Shown here piece after piece: positions 48,583-58,246 of a stretch of 64,000 nt of DNA (positions are counted from its first letter, which is position 1; each line of letters starts with the position of its first letter). The translations under genes were made by a program, and so were the position numbers. The DNA is from an uncultured bacterium (GTDB lineage: Bacteria; Chloroflexota; UBA5177; JANWHV01), in NCBI GenBank assembly GCA_963827235.1, contig CAWHAE010000010.1:640001-704000 (forward strand), read 5' to 3'. The notes beneath the pieces are model-generated. The model was not told where the DNA came from, searched no databases, and saw nothing but the letters and a program-made list of their open reading frames with translations.

Positions 48583-49470
48583 GTGATGAAGATGGCATCG
48601 TCGACAAAGGCGGACGGCACGGCCACCGGCGACCCCCGGCAGGGCCTCGAGCGCAGTCAAGGCGTCATGGCTGGAGAAGCGATGGCGGAGTTCATCTTCC
48701 ATTTGTTCGCGGGCAGGAACTACCTCTTCGTCACGAGGGCGGACGGTGTCGTGACGCGAATCTGGGACGTTCCGGGAATGCCATTCGACTTCCACGTTGG
48801 CGTGCCCGTGAAGGACGGCTCTCTGACCGCACAGGCGATACGATCCGGGTCTCGGCTCGCCAGATTCGTGCCACTGGAGAAGTCGCTCCACGGTTTTGCC
48901 TACTCCGGTCTCTGCATGCCCCTGAAGGAAGCTGATGGCTCGTTCGCGGGCATCTTGAGCATGACCATCCCGATGAACATGGAGCTCACGAAGGACATTG
49001 TCAGGGTTCTCGGAGATGCCACCACGACGGCGGGAGACATATCGACGTCGACCGAGCGTCTGCGCCAGACGATGGGCGCGCTGACCGGGATTACGTCGGG
49101 TGTGCGCGACGGGATGAGCGTGATTGTCGACGTCATCACGTTCATCCGAGGCGTCGCCGACCAGACAAACCTGCTGGGACTGAACGCATCGATCGAAGCG
49201 GCGCGGGCGGGCGCGTCGGGTGCCGGTTTCACGGTGGTGGCGCGTGAGGTTCGGAAGCTCTCCGAAAGCACGAAGGCAAGCATCACCGAGCTGAACGTCA
49301 AGCTCTCGGCGATGAACGAGACGCTCGCACGCATGGATCCGGAGATCGACGGTCTGAACGGCGCCATCGGCGATCTGTCGCGGTCGGTTACGACGATTCG
49401 TGAGATGACGGCGCGGCTGCATACTCTGGTGCGCGAGCTCGACGATGCGACCGCCCGGGCTTACGCGTAG
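48583..49470 (+). CDS. Soluble (cytoplasmic) methyl-accepting chemotaxis protein
   Basis: No TM segment; [38 protein letters not shown]. Confidence 0.92.
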   Translation: MMKMASSTKADGTATGDPRQGLERSQGVMAGEAMAEFIFHLFAGRNYLFVTRADGVVTRIWDVPGMPFDFHVGVPVKDGSLTAQAIRSGSRLARFVPLEKSLHGFAYSGLCMPLKEADGSFAGILSMTIPMNMELTKDIVRVLGDATTTAGDISTSTERLRQTMGALTGITSGVRDGMSVIVDVITFIRGVADQTNLLGLNASIEAARAGASGAGFTVVAREVRKLSESTKASITELNVKLSAMNETLARMDPEIDGLNGAIGDLSRSVTTIREMTARLHTLVRELDDATARAYA

Positions 49471-49499
49471 CGGATCGACCGACATCTGTCTGGCATAGA

Positions 49500-49511
49500 A
49501 CGTGTACACGT
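49500..49511. promoter_or_regulatory. Palindromic operator of the TA operon
   Basis: Perfect palindrome ACGTGTACACGT just upstream of the antitoxin RBS. Confidence 0.65.
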
Positions 49512-49536
49512 ATACAGTCGGCCCCGGAGGACCAGC

Positions 49537-49761
49537 ATGCGACGCAAACTGACCATCACCATTGCCGACGAGGTCTATCGTGGCCTGCACCAACAGATTG
49601 GGCGCGGCGAGATCAGCCGCTTCATCGAAGGATCGGTCCGGCCACATGTGGTCGGCACAGACGAGCTGAAAGCCGAATGTCGCGCTGCGGCGGCAGAAAC
49701 GCGGGCCGAGCAAGAGGCACTGGCCTGGATCGAAACGGCGGTCGACGGGGCGCTCGATTAA
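49537..49761 (+). CDS. Antitoxin (RHH-type partner of MazF/PemK)
   Basis: MRRKLTITIADEVYRGLHQQIGRGEISRFIE...; its TAA overlaps the toxin ATG (TAATG). Confidence 0.8.
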   Translation: MRRKLTITIADEVYRGLHQQIGRGEISRFIEGSVRPHVVGTDELKAECRAAAAETRAEQEALAWIETAVDGALD

Positions 49762-49820
49762 TGCGCCGTGGCGACGTCTATTGGGTCGACTTCGACCCTT
49801 CACGAGGTGGCGAGATACGG
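49761..49820 (+). pseudogene. mazF: Truncated MazF/PemK toxin (first 20 codons only)
   Basis: MRRGDVYWVDFDPSRGGEIR; similarity is lost before the expected KxRP motif. Confidence 0.85.
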
Positions 49821-49998
49821 CATGCCGATCTCGGAGCCCCTGACGGAGCAGAACGGAGACCGCACCGGCCGCACGTACCTCTTGCAGTATTTCAAGAACG
49901 GGCGGCTCGAGTACCATCCCGAGCTGAGCGGCACGGCATACGAGGTGACGTCCGGGCAGGTGGGTCGCCAGCTCCTGCACCAGCGCGGGTGGCTCTAG
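49816..49998 (+). pseudogene. 3' fragment of a Chloroflexota-type surface repeat protein
   Basis: YGMPISEPLTE...LLQYFKNGRLEYHPE...EVTSGQVGRQLLHQRGWL*. Confidence 0.75.
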
Positions 49999-50155
49999 CC
50001 GTCCGTCAATAGGCAAGCGGGTTGCGCGGTGCAGCGGCGGGACGACGCATGTGGCGACGATCAGCCGAATTCGGCCGCAATCGCTGCCTGCTCATCGTCG
50101 ACGGACCGCTGGGGCAGCCGCAGAGTGGCAGCTGGCCCGACGCCCTCAGTGCTCT

Positions 50156-51345
50156 TCAGCGCGATCGTGTAGCCGTGCGCAGCCACAATGCAACCTGCGG
50201 CGCGCAGGCCTCCCAGGGCAACAGCTGCTCCCGGTAGTCAGCGAAGGCGTGCGAGCCATCCACGGCCTGATCGCCGGACTGGAGTTCGGTGGCTAGGCGC
50301 GTGAAGACACAGACCTCGAAGGGCCGGCGTAACAACCATCTGCGGCGGCGACGCCGGACCACGATCAGGCCCTGCCAGGCATCGGCGGCAAAGGACAGGT
50401 CCACCCGCTCGCGCAAGTACCGGCCGCCGCGGCGCTCGTGGTCGAGCGGGGCGCGAAGGGCGAGGATGAGCGAATGGTCCTGGCTCGTGGAGCGCAGCCT
50501 CAGAGCGCGCACCACGCGGAAGAGCCCGCTGCGATAGGCCCGGAAGAACTGCCAGAGCAGCAGCAGGTAGTTCTGGCCGGCGTAGGCCCTGAACGTCTCG
50601 CACTCCCGCTGCAGCTGCTCCGCACTGCCGCCGTCCGGCAGCGTCTGCCGGAGGGCCGCGCCGACCTCGGAGTCGGACTACTCCTGTTCGACGACCTCGA
50701 GCACGGCCGCCAGCGTATCCACCGGGTGCTCCGTCGTCTCCTGCTGACGCTCGCGCACGAACCCCAGCTCTGCCTTGCACTGCACGTGGATGTGGTGAAT
50801 CTGCTTGATGCACATCTCGGTCAAATCGTCCCGCGTCTGCATGCGGGCCTGCTGTATCAAGCAGAGGATGAGCGTCAGGCGTTTGGGGACGGTGACGTCC
50901 TTCAGCTCAGCTGCGTCCAGCGCCTTGCACTCTGCGGCAAAGTGCCGCCGTTTGTCCTCCGGCAGGTCAAGCAGGAACTGGTCGACGGCGCCGAGCGATT
51001 CGAGCCAGGCTAGGTGGTCGAGCAGTGCGGCCAGGTGCTTGCGGCTGGGTCGGCCTAGCTGTTGCTTGAGCGCGTGGTAGGGCGCGTGCGGCGCGGCGGC
51101 GATGGAGTCCAGCAGCGCCTCGTTGCGCGCCTGATTCGCGGCAGGGACACGCGCCGCGACCTGCTGGAAGTACCGGCGATTGATCACGGCGCGGACGCGA
51201 CCCACCAACTGGTCGAGTGTGCTGAAAGCCGGCAACTCGCGGCGCAGCCGGATGAGTACTTCGACCGCGACGCTGATCAGGTCGGCCGGATTGTCGAGCA
51301 CCTGTGCCGCCTACAGCACCGCCCGCGTGGCGTAGTGGCGCCTCG
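50156..51345 (-). mobile_element. tnpA: Tn3-family transposase remnant (N-terminal/middle part)
   Basis: DNPADLISVAVEVLIRLRRELPAFSTLD and RRPFEVCVF...LQSGD.AVDGS.AFADYREQLLPWE; in-frame TAG at 50678 and 51311. No DDE C-terminus or terminal repeats seen. Confidence 0.85.
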
Positions 51346-51377
51346 ATGCTGCCGCCCGCACCCAGGCATGCTCAACT

Positions 51378-51800
51378 TCAGGTCTCGTCGAACGTCCATG
51401 CGCACACGACCTGCGATTGCTCACGTGTCGCGCCTGCTGACCGATAGGTGGCGAGCGCCGCCACATTGTCGTCATCTGTGAGGACCCACATGCCGTAGCA
51501 CCCTCGTCCTCGCGCCAAATCCGCGAGCGCCCTGACGAGTGCCGCGCCACAACCCTGCCGACGATAGTGCGGATCAACGCTCAGCTCGTAGAGGAACATC
51601 TCGGTCCCCTTGTCGGGATGCGTCATTTCGACGCCGCTGACAAAGCCAACGGCCTGCTCGCCGTCGATAGCTACGAGCAGGTGATGATTCTCGCTCGCAA
51701 GAAAGCGTTGCGTGGAGTGCTCCTGAAGCGGATGGCCGAAGCATCGCTGCGCGTTTCCCAGCACGCTTGCGTCCCCTGGCCCAAGTCTCACGATGCGCAT
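51378..51800 (-). CDS. GNAT-family N-acetyltransferase
   Basis: LYELSVDPHYRRQGCGAAL and NVAALATYRSAG motifs. Confidence 0.9.
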   Translation of the reverse strand: MRIVRLGPGDASVLGNAQRCFGHPLQEHSTQRFLASENHHLLVAIDGEQAVGFVSGVEMTHPDKGTEMFLYELSVDPHYRRQGCGAALVRALADLARGRGCYGMWVLTDDDNVAALATYRSAGATREQSQVVCAWTFDET

Positions 51801-51949
51801 CGCGACCCCATTCTCCGTGGCTGCCGCTGGACACTCCCGGCAGGATCCAGGATGCTGCCTCGCAGGCGTGGTCTGGTGCCGTCAGCTTTCCTGCTCGCGC
51901 CCTGCCACTGCCCTCGCTCCGGTATCCAGGATACCAGCGTCTCATAACT

Positions 51950-52632
51950 GACGGCAGGTCCGCCAGCGTCACCGGCACGACCAATGCGCTCCTGCTCGCC
52001 GCGGCCGGCGTGCCGAGTGTCCGGCCCACGGCGTCCAGCGGAGCGTCCAGGTGTTCCACCAATGCCGCCTGCCCGGACCGCGCGACCTGGGGCAAGCGGC
52101 CACAGTCCTTGAGCGAGGCCGACAAGATCCTTGGTGGGCACTCCGGTGTGCCAGCATTCAGGCCTGTCGACGCGGCAAGCTGCCATTCCGCCTGTGCTTC
52201 GTCCATATGGTAGAGTGCGACAAAGGGCACATCGGCAGCATTGGTCGCCAGCACCGTCATGGCGACGGCGCAAACGTCCTCAACCGTCTTGGCCTCGCCC
52301 GTCAGCGATCCGAGCTCGCGGAGCATGCGCAGGCGTCGTTGGCCCAACACCCGCGCCGTCGTTTCGGGCACCGCCGTGAACACGCCGCCGATGCCCGCGG
52401 TTTCATCGCGAATCGGACTGTAGGAGAAGGTGAAGTAGCACTACTCGACATAGCCGGAGCGATCCAGTGGCAACAATTGTTCGGCGGACCACGTGACCTC
52501 CCCGCTGGTCAGCACGTGCTGGAGCATGGGGCCGATGAGACCCCAGATCTCGGGCCAGCATTGCCGGCCGCGCTGGCCCAGGGCTGTCGGATGTACTGTC
52601 GCGCGGAGCATCGGCCGGTAGGCGTCGTTGAA
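51950..52632 (-). pseudogene. Fragment of a PAS-GAF sensor histidine kinase
   Basis: FNDAYRPML...HPTALGQRGRQCWPEIW...GYVE*CYFTFSYSPIRDE...ETTARVLGQRRLRMLRELG; TAG at 52441-52443; both ends missing. Confidence 0.85.
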
Positions 52633-52843
52633 TGGAGCGCACGATGTGTGGGCAGGACTTCACGCTGGAGTACCTCGACACGCTGGGGCTCAAACTCGAG
52701 GCAATCGGACAAGTCCACACCGCCGGCGAGTGTTCCACGCCAGACGTCCCCGGCGTGATCACAAAACGCAATCAGAGGCGCGACCTCAGTGTTCGGCGCT
52801 TGCGCCGCGAGTACCGGGTCGGTGGCGTGTTCTGTCAGCGCGA

Positions 52844-53611
52844 CTAGTAAATCTTGGCGAGCACGCCGCCATCGACAACAACGTGTGTCCCGTTTATGAA
52901 GCTTGCATCTTCGGACGCTAGGAACACGGCTACGCGAGCGATCTCATCCGGCGTCGCGATACGACCCAGCGGATACTCATTCTCGATCCCCGCTCGAGCC
53001 GCTGCGGGGTCAGAAAAGCTGTCGAAGTACGCCTGATTCAGCGGCGTGTCCACGTCACCCGGACAGATGCAATTGGCGCGAATGCCGTCGTGCCCGTATG
53101 CTATGGCGATGGCGCGGGTCATCGCCAGGATTCCGCCCTTGGTGGAGCAGTAGACAGCAAGCTTCGGATCCGCCACCAGCCCCAGCACGGAACTGATGTT
53201 GATGATCACGCCGCCACGCGCGCGCTGCATGATGGGAATGGCGTGCTTGCAGGTGAGGAAGTAGCCGCCAAGATTAATGTCGATCATCGTTCGCCACTGC
53301 TCGTAGGTCGTCTCGTGCAACGGGACCTCATATTGCACAGCGGCGTTGTTAACAAGCACGTCGACCGTGCCAAACCTTGCCAGACAGGCATCCACCGCGC
53401 CGCGCACGGCGCTCTCACGCGACACATCGGCCTCGTGAAACGCGATCTCGGCACCCGGCGACGCTATCCCGGAAGCACCCTGGTTGCCGGTAGCAGGGAT
53501 CCGGTCAATGCCGAACACGGAAGCGCCCTCAAGCGCGAAGCGCTCGGCGATGGCTGCGCCAATGCCTTTGCTGGTACCCGTGACGATCGCCGTCTTTCCC
53601 CGAAGTCTCAC
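52844..53611 (-). CDS. SDR-family NAD(P)-dependent oxidoreductase
   Basis: TGTSKGIG, NNAA, YCSTK and ICPGDVDT motifs. Confidence 0.95.
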   Translation of the reverse strand: MRLRGKTAIVTGTSKGIGAAIAERFALEGASVFGIDRIPATGNQGASGIASPGAEIAFHEADVSRESAVRGAVDACLARFGTVDVLVNNAAVQYEVPLHETTYEQWRTMIDINLGGYFLTCKHAIPIMQRARGGVIINISSVLGLVADPKLAVYCSTKGGILAMTRAIAIAYGHDGIRANCICPGDVDTPLNQAYFDSFSDPAAARAGIENEYPLGRIATPDEIARVAVFLASEDASFINGTHVVVDGGVLAKIY

Positions 53612-53711
53612 TATCCCGTCCGCCCCATTCCGTGGTCAAGACCCAGGTCCACACGTCGCAGTCTACGCAAGTGCCGGCATAGTGTCCCGGCCTGGTGCTG
53701 TGCGGCCAGAG

Positions 53712-54641
53712 TCAGTGCATCTCCGCCGCGCAGGTTCCGATGGCCGGGCGGTAGTAATTGAACTGAACGTCGGGGTGGTCGGCGAGCAGCGACATCGGGA
53801 CACTGGAGTCCGGCAGGCGCTTCGAGATCATCAGTGCCGTCAGCCGCACACCGAACGGGTTGTCGTGCATCCCGGCATGCCAAATCGAGACTTTGTCCGC
53901 CTTCCAGGTCTCCAGCGGGCCGACAGACAGCGCCTGCGTGGGTACGCTCGCCACGTTGCCGCCACCGGACGTGCGAGCGTTCTGGACGATCGTCAGGGGA
54001 TGCAGGTTCACCACCCGTGCGCCGAGCGTCCTGTATTCGGCTGGGGACGGCGGCGCGTCCTGCCAGCTTCCCTGCCGCTGGACCGGATCGTTGAAGGCCC
54101 AGTGCTTCACGTCACCCTGACCGCCTTGCATGACGAGGCACCTTGCCGTGTCATATGACCTTGTATACTCGGCGAGGTTGGCCGCGGTGAGAAAGTGGAG
54201 ATTCTCATCGGGCATGCGGAAACGCCTGTCGATGCGATTGAAGCACAGTTCGAGGTCCGTGCGCGTGAAGCTCAGGGGATGTGTCACCGGCACTTCCTTC
54301 CCGTCCTGGTACCACTCGTCCATAGCCCAGAAGTGCCCGCTCCGCACGTCGATCTCCAGATCGTTCACTATCTGAGCGACGAGCGGTAGCTGCTCCGTGG
54401 GTCCGACCGGACCGCAAATGCCCGCGGGCGCGTCCGGACGAGCACGGCGCCACGCGGCCACGTACTCGAGGGCCTCGGCGAGATAGAACGATTCGAGCGT
54501 GTCGTACATCCGTACCTGGAACCCAGGGCGCGAGAGTTGCTCTATGTCTTGGGCAGACAGTCGAGCAGCATCGGCAAGAAGTTCATCGTCAAGCGTCGTA
54601 TAGTCCCACCAGGCGCCGGAAACATTGCTTGACCTGCGCAC
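53712..54641 (-). CDS. NagB/glucosamine-6-phosphate isomerase-like protein (divergent subfamily)
   Basis: [18 protein letters not shown] and [15 protein letters not shown] motifs. Confidence 0.8.
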   Translation of the reverse strand: MRRSSNVSGAWWDYTTLDDELLADAARLSAQDIEQLSRPGFQVRMYDTLESFYLAEALEYVAAWRRARPDAPAGICGPVGPTEQLPLVAQIVNDLEIDVRSGHFWAMDEWYQDGKEVPVTHPLSFTRTDLELCFNRIDRRFRMPDENLHFLTAANLAEYTRSYDTARCLVMQGGQGDVKHWAFNDPVQRQGSWQDAPPSPAEYRTLGARVVNLHPLTIVQNARTSGGGNVASVPTQALSVGPLETWKADKVSIWHAGMHDNPFGVRLTALMISKRLPDSSVPMSLLADHPDVQFNYYRPAIGTCAAEMH

Positions 54642-54762
54642 GTGCCTCTCCCTTAACCAATAACGGCGCCATCGCGCCTACATTGAAGTCCCGGCGACTT
54701 GGGACTTGCTCCTTCCGCACATGAGCTGAGCCGCGGCGCGCATAGGCACAGTGCGTGACCGC

Positions 54763-55638
54763 TCACGCCGGCCCCAGCGGTGCCTCAGCAGTAGCCCGAT
54801 CCACCACGATCATGGCGTCGGAGTGTTCCTGGACAAATGTCACGGGGTATTCGACCACTACCGGACCGAAGAGCAGGACCCGCACCACCGTCTGCTTCCA
54901 GGCGCCGGTATCGCTGAGCAGGCGGATGCGCCGCGCTCCCAGCAGGTCATTCATCCCCAGCGTAATAGCCATGGGCGGCACGACAGGCGAGCAGCCGCCC
55001 ACCGAGCGTTGGCTCACCGCGATCAACGTGTCGTCGTTCAGGTTCAGGATCCGGGTCCGGGACGCCCGGAACTCTTCGGCCGTGACGGAGTACCAGGGCG
55101 AGCGCGGCGGCTCGTTGTACGCGATGTGGCCGCGATAACCAACGCCGCCGTACGTGGTATCCACTCCCCCCACCAGCGCGATGGCCTCGCTGATGGCGTC
55201 GATCGCATACACCGATGGGAAGTGCCGCTGCGCTTCCGGCACGGCGAGCTCCGCATCGATCGCACCGTAGAACAACCGGCGCATCGCGCCCTCGTAGCTG
55301 AAGCGATGGTCCAGCGGCAGCGGCCGTCCTTGCCAGTCCAGGCAATCATCCATGTGGAAGACATGCACGTTCTTCAGGCTTATGCGCTCGCGATTGACGA
55401 TCTCGGCAAAGTGCGCGTATTGCTTGGTAGGGCCGCAGGGCAGGATCCAGCGCGTGGGCTGCCCCTGGGCATTGTTGGCCTTGACTTCGTCGGCCATGTC
55501 GCGAGCGGCCCACCGGTGCACGTCCTCCGGCAGCGGCAGGATCTTGATTCGCGTCTTGGCCCGCGGATGGTCCTCCAGCGCCTCGGCCGGAATACTACAC
55601 CAGTCGACAAGATCGGCTGTCCTGATCTCTTGCGTCAT
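54763..55638 (-). CDS. NagB/glucosamine-6-phosphate isomerase-like protein
   Basis: ILPCGPTKQY, FHMDD, GGVGYRGHIAYNEP and PPMAITLGM motifs. Confidence 0.85.
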   Translation of the reverse strand: MTQEIRTADLVDWCSIPAEALEDHPRAKTRIKILPLPEDVHRWAARDMADEVKANNAQGQPTRWILPCGPTKQYAHFAEIVNRERISLKNVHVFHMDDCLDWQGRPLPLDHRFSYEGAMRRLFYGAIDAELAVPEAQRHFPSVYAIDAISEAIALVGGVDTTYGGVGYRGHIAYNEPPRSPWYSVTAEEFRASRTRILNLNDDTLIAVSQRSVGGCSPVVPPMAITLGMNDLLGARRIRLLSDTGAWKQTVVRVLLFGPVVVEYPVTFVQEHSDAMIVVDRATAEAPLGPA

Positions 55639-55808
55639 CAGGTATCCTGCTTTCCTCCATTGCGTGCAGCCCCGATGCTGCCGATCAACCATTGTGCGCC
55701 CAACCGAAGCCGCCGGTGTCATCATCATCCGGATGGGCACCCAACGCCAGCAGGCGACCAGGACCACCACGCTGATTCATGTCGTTCTCGCCTTCGCTGC
55801 CACTCCGA

Positions 55809-56789
55809 TCATGTCGCGCTATTCGTCTGCGACGCGAGCGTCACACCGTTCGCGTTGAAAGCCTCATACTCCGCCCACCGCGGCAGGGATGGGATTGAGC
55901 CCGCGCGCGTGGTGGACAGACTGGCCGCGCGTACGGCGACGGCGGAGGCAGCCTGCAGGCCGTCGCCGGCGTGAAGACGCGCCGCGAGCGCACCGACAAA
56001 GGCATCGCCGGCGCCGGTTGTGTCGACTGCCTGCACTTCCGGTGCCGGTACCTGCCAGCTGACGCCGTCGCCGTCGACCGCGAAGACCCCTGCGGCGCCG
56101 GCAGTGACCAAGACCGCCATGCCTGGACGTCTGCGCGCAAGCACCTGCGCCAGGTCTGCGGGAGCCCCCGATAGCCCGGCAATGACGGCAGCCTCATGTT
56201 CATTGGGCACCAGGATGTCGGTGAGCTGCAGCACCTCGTCGTCGAGCGGGGCAGCCGGAGCAGGGTTGAGAAGAGTGCGAGCACCGTTGTCACGCCCGAG
56301 GCGAAACGCCGTGGTGGCAGCCTCCAGCGGCGCCTCGAGCTGGCAGACGACCAGCGAGGCGCTGCGGATCAGCCATGCTGCCGCCCCTACGGTTGCAGCC
56401 TGCAGCTGGCTATTGGCGTCCAGGGCCGTGACAATGGCAGGAATGCCGCTCGGCGGCAGCAGCACGAAGCCCACGTCGGTTGGCCGCTCGCTCGTCATGA
56501 TCCCACGGCAGTCAATGCCTTCACGCTCCAGCAGCGCGCGACAGCGGCCACCCCGTTCGTCCCGGCCCAGCACAGTCACGAATGCGGTCGGCGCGGCCAT
56601 GCGAGCCGCGGCAATCGCCTGGTGGGTGGCCTTGCCGCCGTCTAGCGGCTCGGCGTAGTCGCAGCCGAGCACAGTCTCACCCTCGCGCGGCACCGCGGCG
56701 ACGCGCATGAAGAGACCCTGCACATGCGCGCCGACTACCACGATGGGCCCCAAACGCGAGACGCCGACCCCGTGCATGGCGCTGTCCAC
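55809..56789 (-). CDS. PfkB/ribokinase-family sugar kinase
   Basis: GGKATHQAIAAAR, LNPAPA, PNEHEA and DTTGAGDAF motifs. Confidence 0.93.
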   Translation of the reverse strand: MDSAMHGVGVSRLGPIVVVGAHVQGLFMRVAAVPREGETVLGCDYAEPLDGGKATHQAIAAARMAAPTAFVTVLGRDERGGRCRALLEREGIDCRGIMTSERPTDVGFVLLPPSGIPAIVTALDANSQLQAATVGAAAWLIRSASLVVCQLEAPLEAATTAFRLGRDNGARTLLNPAPAAPLDDEVLQLTDILVPNEHEAAVIAGLSGAPADLAQVLARRRPGMAVLVTAGAAGVFAVDGDGVSWQVPAPEVQAVDTTGAGDAFVGALAARLHAGDGLQAASAVAVRAASLSTTRAGSIPSLPRWAEYEAFNANGVTLASQTNSAT

Positions 56790-56804
56790 ACTCCCAGCGT
56801 TGCG

Positions 56805-57560
56805 CTACACGTAGCGAGCCAGATCGGCCCGGAAACGAAACCGATCATGGCGGTAGACGATGCGGCCTAACTCGATGACACGGCCGTGCTGGTCATAGAT
56901 GATTTGTCCACACTGCAGCAGGGGCGCTCCCGCCGGCAATTCCAGGAGAGCGGCGGACGACTCGTCGGCGGATACGGCCTCCACGGTATAGCTGCACCGC
57001 CGGTAGACGATGCCACTCCTGGATTCCAGAATGCTTACCAGCGAGGCGGTCGTGAAGTCCACCGCGACCAGCGACGGGCAGTAGCGCAGCGGCACCCTGC
57101 TGTGGTCGATGGCAATGACCATGCCGTCCAGCCGGCGCAGGCGGCGCAACTCGAAGATGTCGCTGCCCGGCGCGATGCCCAGCACCTCCACTTCATCCAG
57201 CGTAGCCGGTCGCGCCATCTGGAGGAGGACGTCGGCCGACGCCGTCAGGCCGCGCGCCGCCCCCATGGCCGTGAAGCTCATGTGCGAGGCCGGCGCCAGC
57301 GGGCCGCTCACCGGGCGCTCGACCACGAACCAGCCCCGACCGGCCACCGAGTCGATCAGGCCTTCCGCAGCCAGCGCCTCAAGCGCCCGGCGCAAGGTCA
57401 CCCGGCTGACGCCGAAGCGTTCACAGAGCAATCGCTCGGCCGGCAGCCCGCCACCCGGCCGGAACTCACCCTGCGTGATAGCCTCGGCCAGCTGCCTCTG
57501 CACCTGCGCGTAGAGCGGCTGGCCTGCCGCGCTGCCTGCGACTTGGGCGGCGATGCTCAT
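56805..57560 (-). CDS. GntR-family (HutC/UTRA) transcriptional regulator
   Basis: PLYAQVQRQL...LPAERLLCERFGVSRVTLRRAL, followed by a UTRA domain. Confidence 0.93.
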   Translation of the reverse strand: MSIAAQVAGSAAGQPLYAQVQRQLAEAITQGEFRPGGGLPAERLLCERFGVSRVTLRRALEALAAEGLIDSVAGRGWFVVERPVSGPLAPASHMSFTAMGAARGLTASADVLLQMARPATLDEVEVLGIAPGSDIFELRRLRRLDGMVIAIDHSRVPLRYCPSLVAVDFTTASLVSILESRSGIVYRRCSYTVEAVSADESSAALLELPAGAPLLQCGQIIYDQHGRVIELGRIVYRHDRFRFRADLARYV

Positions 57561-57645
57561 CGTCTGCTCCAGCATCGGCGTGTGATTCAAACGGTAGCGG
57601 CGCACCTCGCCGAACCTGGCTTGCTGCGCATACTGCGTTGTCACT

Positions 57646-57847
57646 ACTGTACGTGGCAGAACCATACCTGTCAATACCGGTATAGTAGCCGCGCGGAGCA
57701 GAGCGACATCCCGTGCGTCCGCATCCGGCCTGGCTTTGCTCGAGTCCACCCGCCAACAGGTGGAACGTGTGGCGGTGCACCACCGTAGGATGGGGTTTCG
57801 TCGATGCAACCTTCTGTATTGACAGGTATGCGTAGGTCTGGTACGGT
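57646..57847. promoter_or_regulatory. Mirror-image divergent sigma70 promoters
   Basis: Minus strand TTGACA-17-TACAGT; plus strand TTGACA-17-TACGGT; perfect 15-bp inverted repeat at 57663-57677 and 57816-57830. Confidence 0.85.
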
Positions 57848-58246
57848 AGTGGCGGTTTGGCAACGTGTTGGCAGCCGCAGAATTCGCAGTCTCTCTGGGT
57901 GCCTCAGATCCTGGGCGTTACTGTCGCCGGCTCGGCGAGGAGATGCGCGACACCCTGCGTCGCAGATTTGGGCGCTGGATCGAACGCGAGAATTCCGTGA
58001 GGCCCACCCCAGACTGGCGGCGGCACCGTAGCCTGGGAGCGTGCTAGGCCGGGTCGCCTACAGCAGGTGCCGGTCATGGCGCTGGCGCCAGTACCGAAGG
58101 AGGAACAGCAGGAGCAGCCGGTTGGCGATGCCGAATTCGCCATGACGGTAGATTGGCACAGACGAAGTTTGCTGTCGCGCGTAGCCCTCCGAACACTCGC
58201 TTGCTCACATGCACGCGCTGTTTGTCAAGAAAGGCTGGTGAACCTG

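Noticed and set aside
50156-51345. Active Tn3 transposon
   Set aside because: No catalytic C-terminus, no resolvase and no 38-bp GGGG-ended terminal repeats; internal stop codons.
50678-52443. Amber (TAG) reassignment suggested by three in-frame TAGs
   Set aside because: All three lie in truncated fragments, and intact genes in the window (xisI, EEP, soluble MCP, binding proteins) end normally at TAG.
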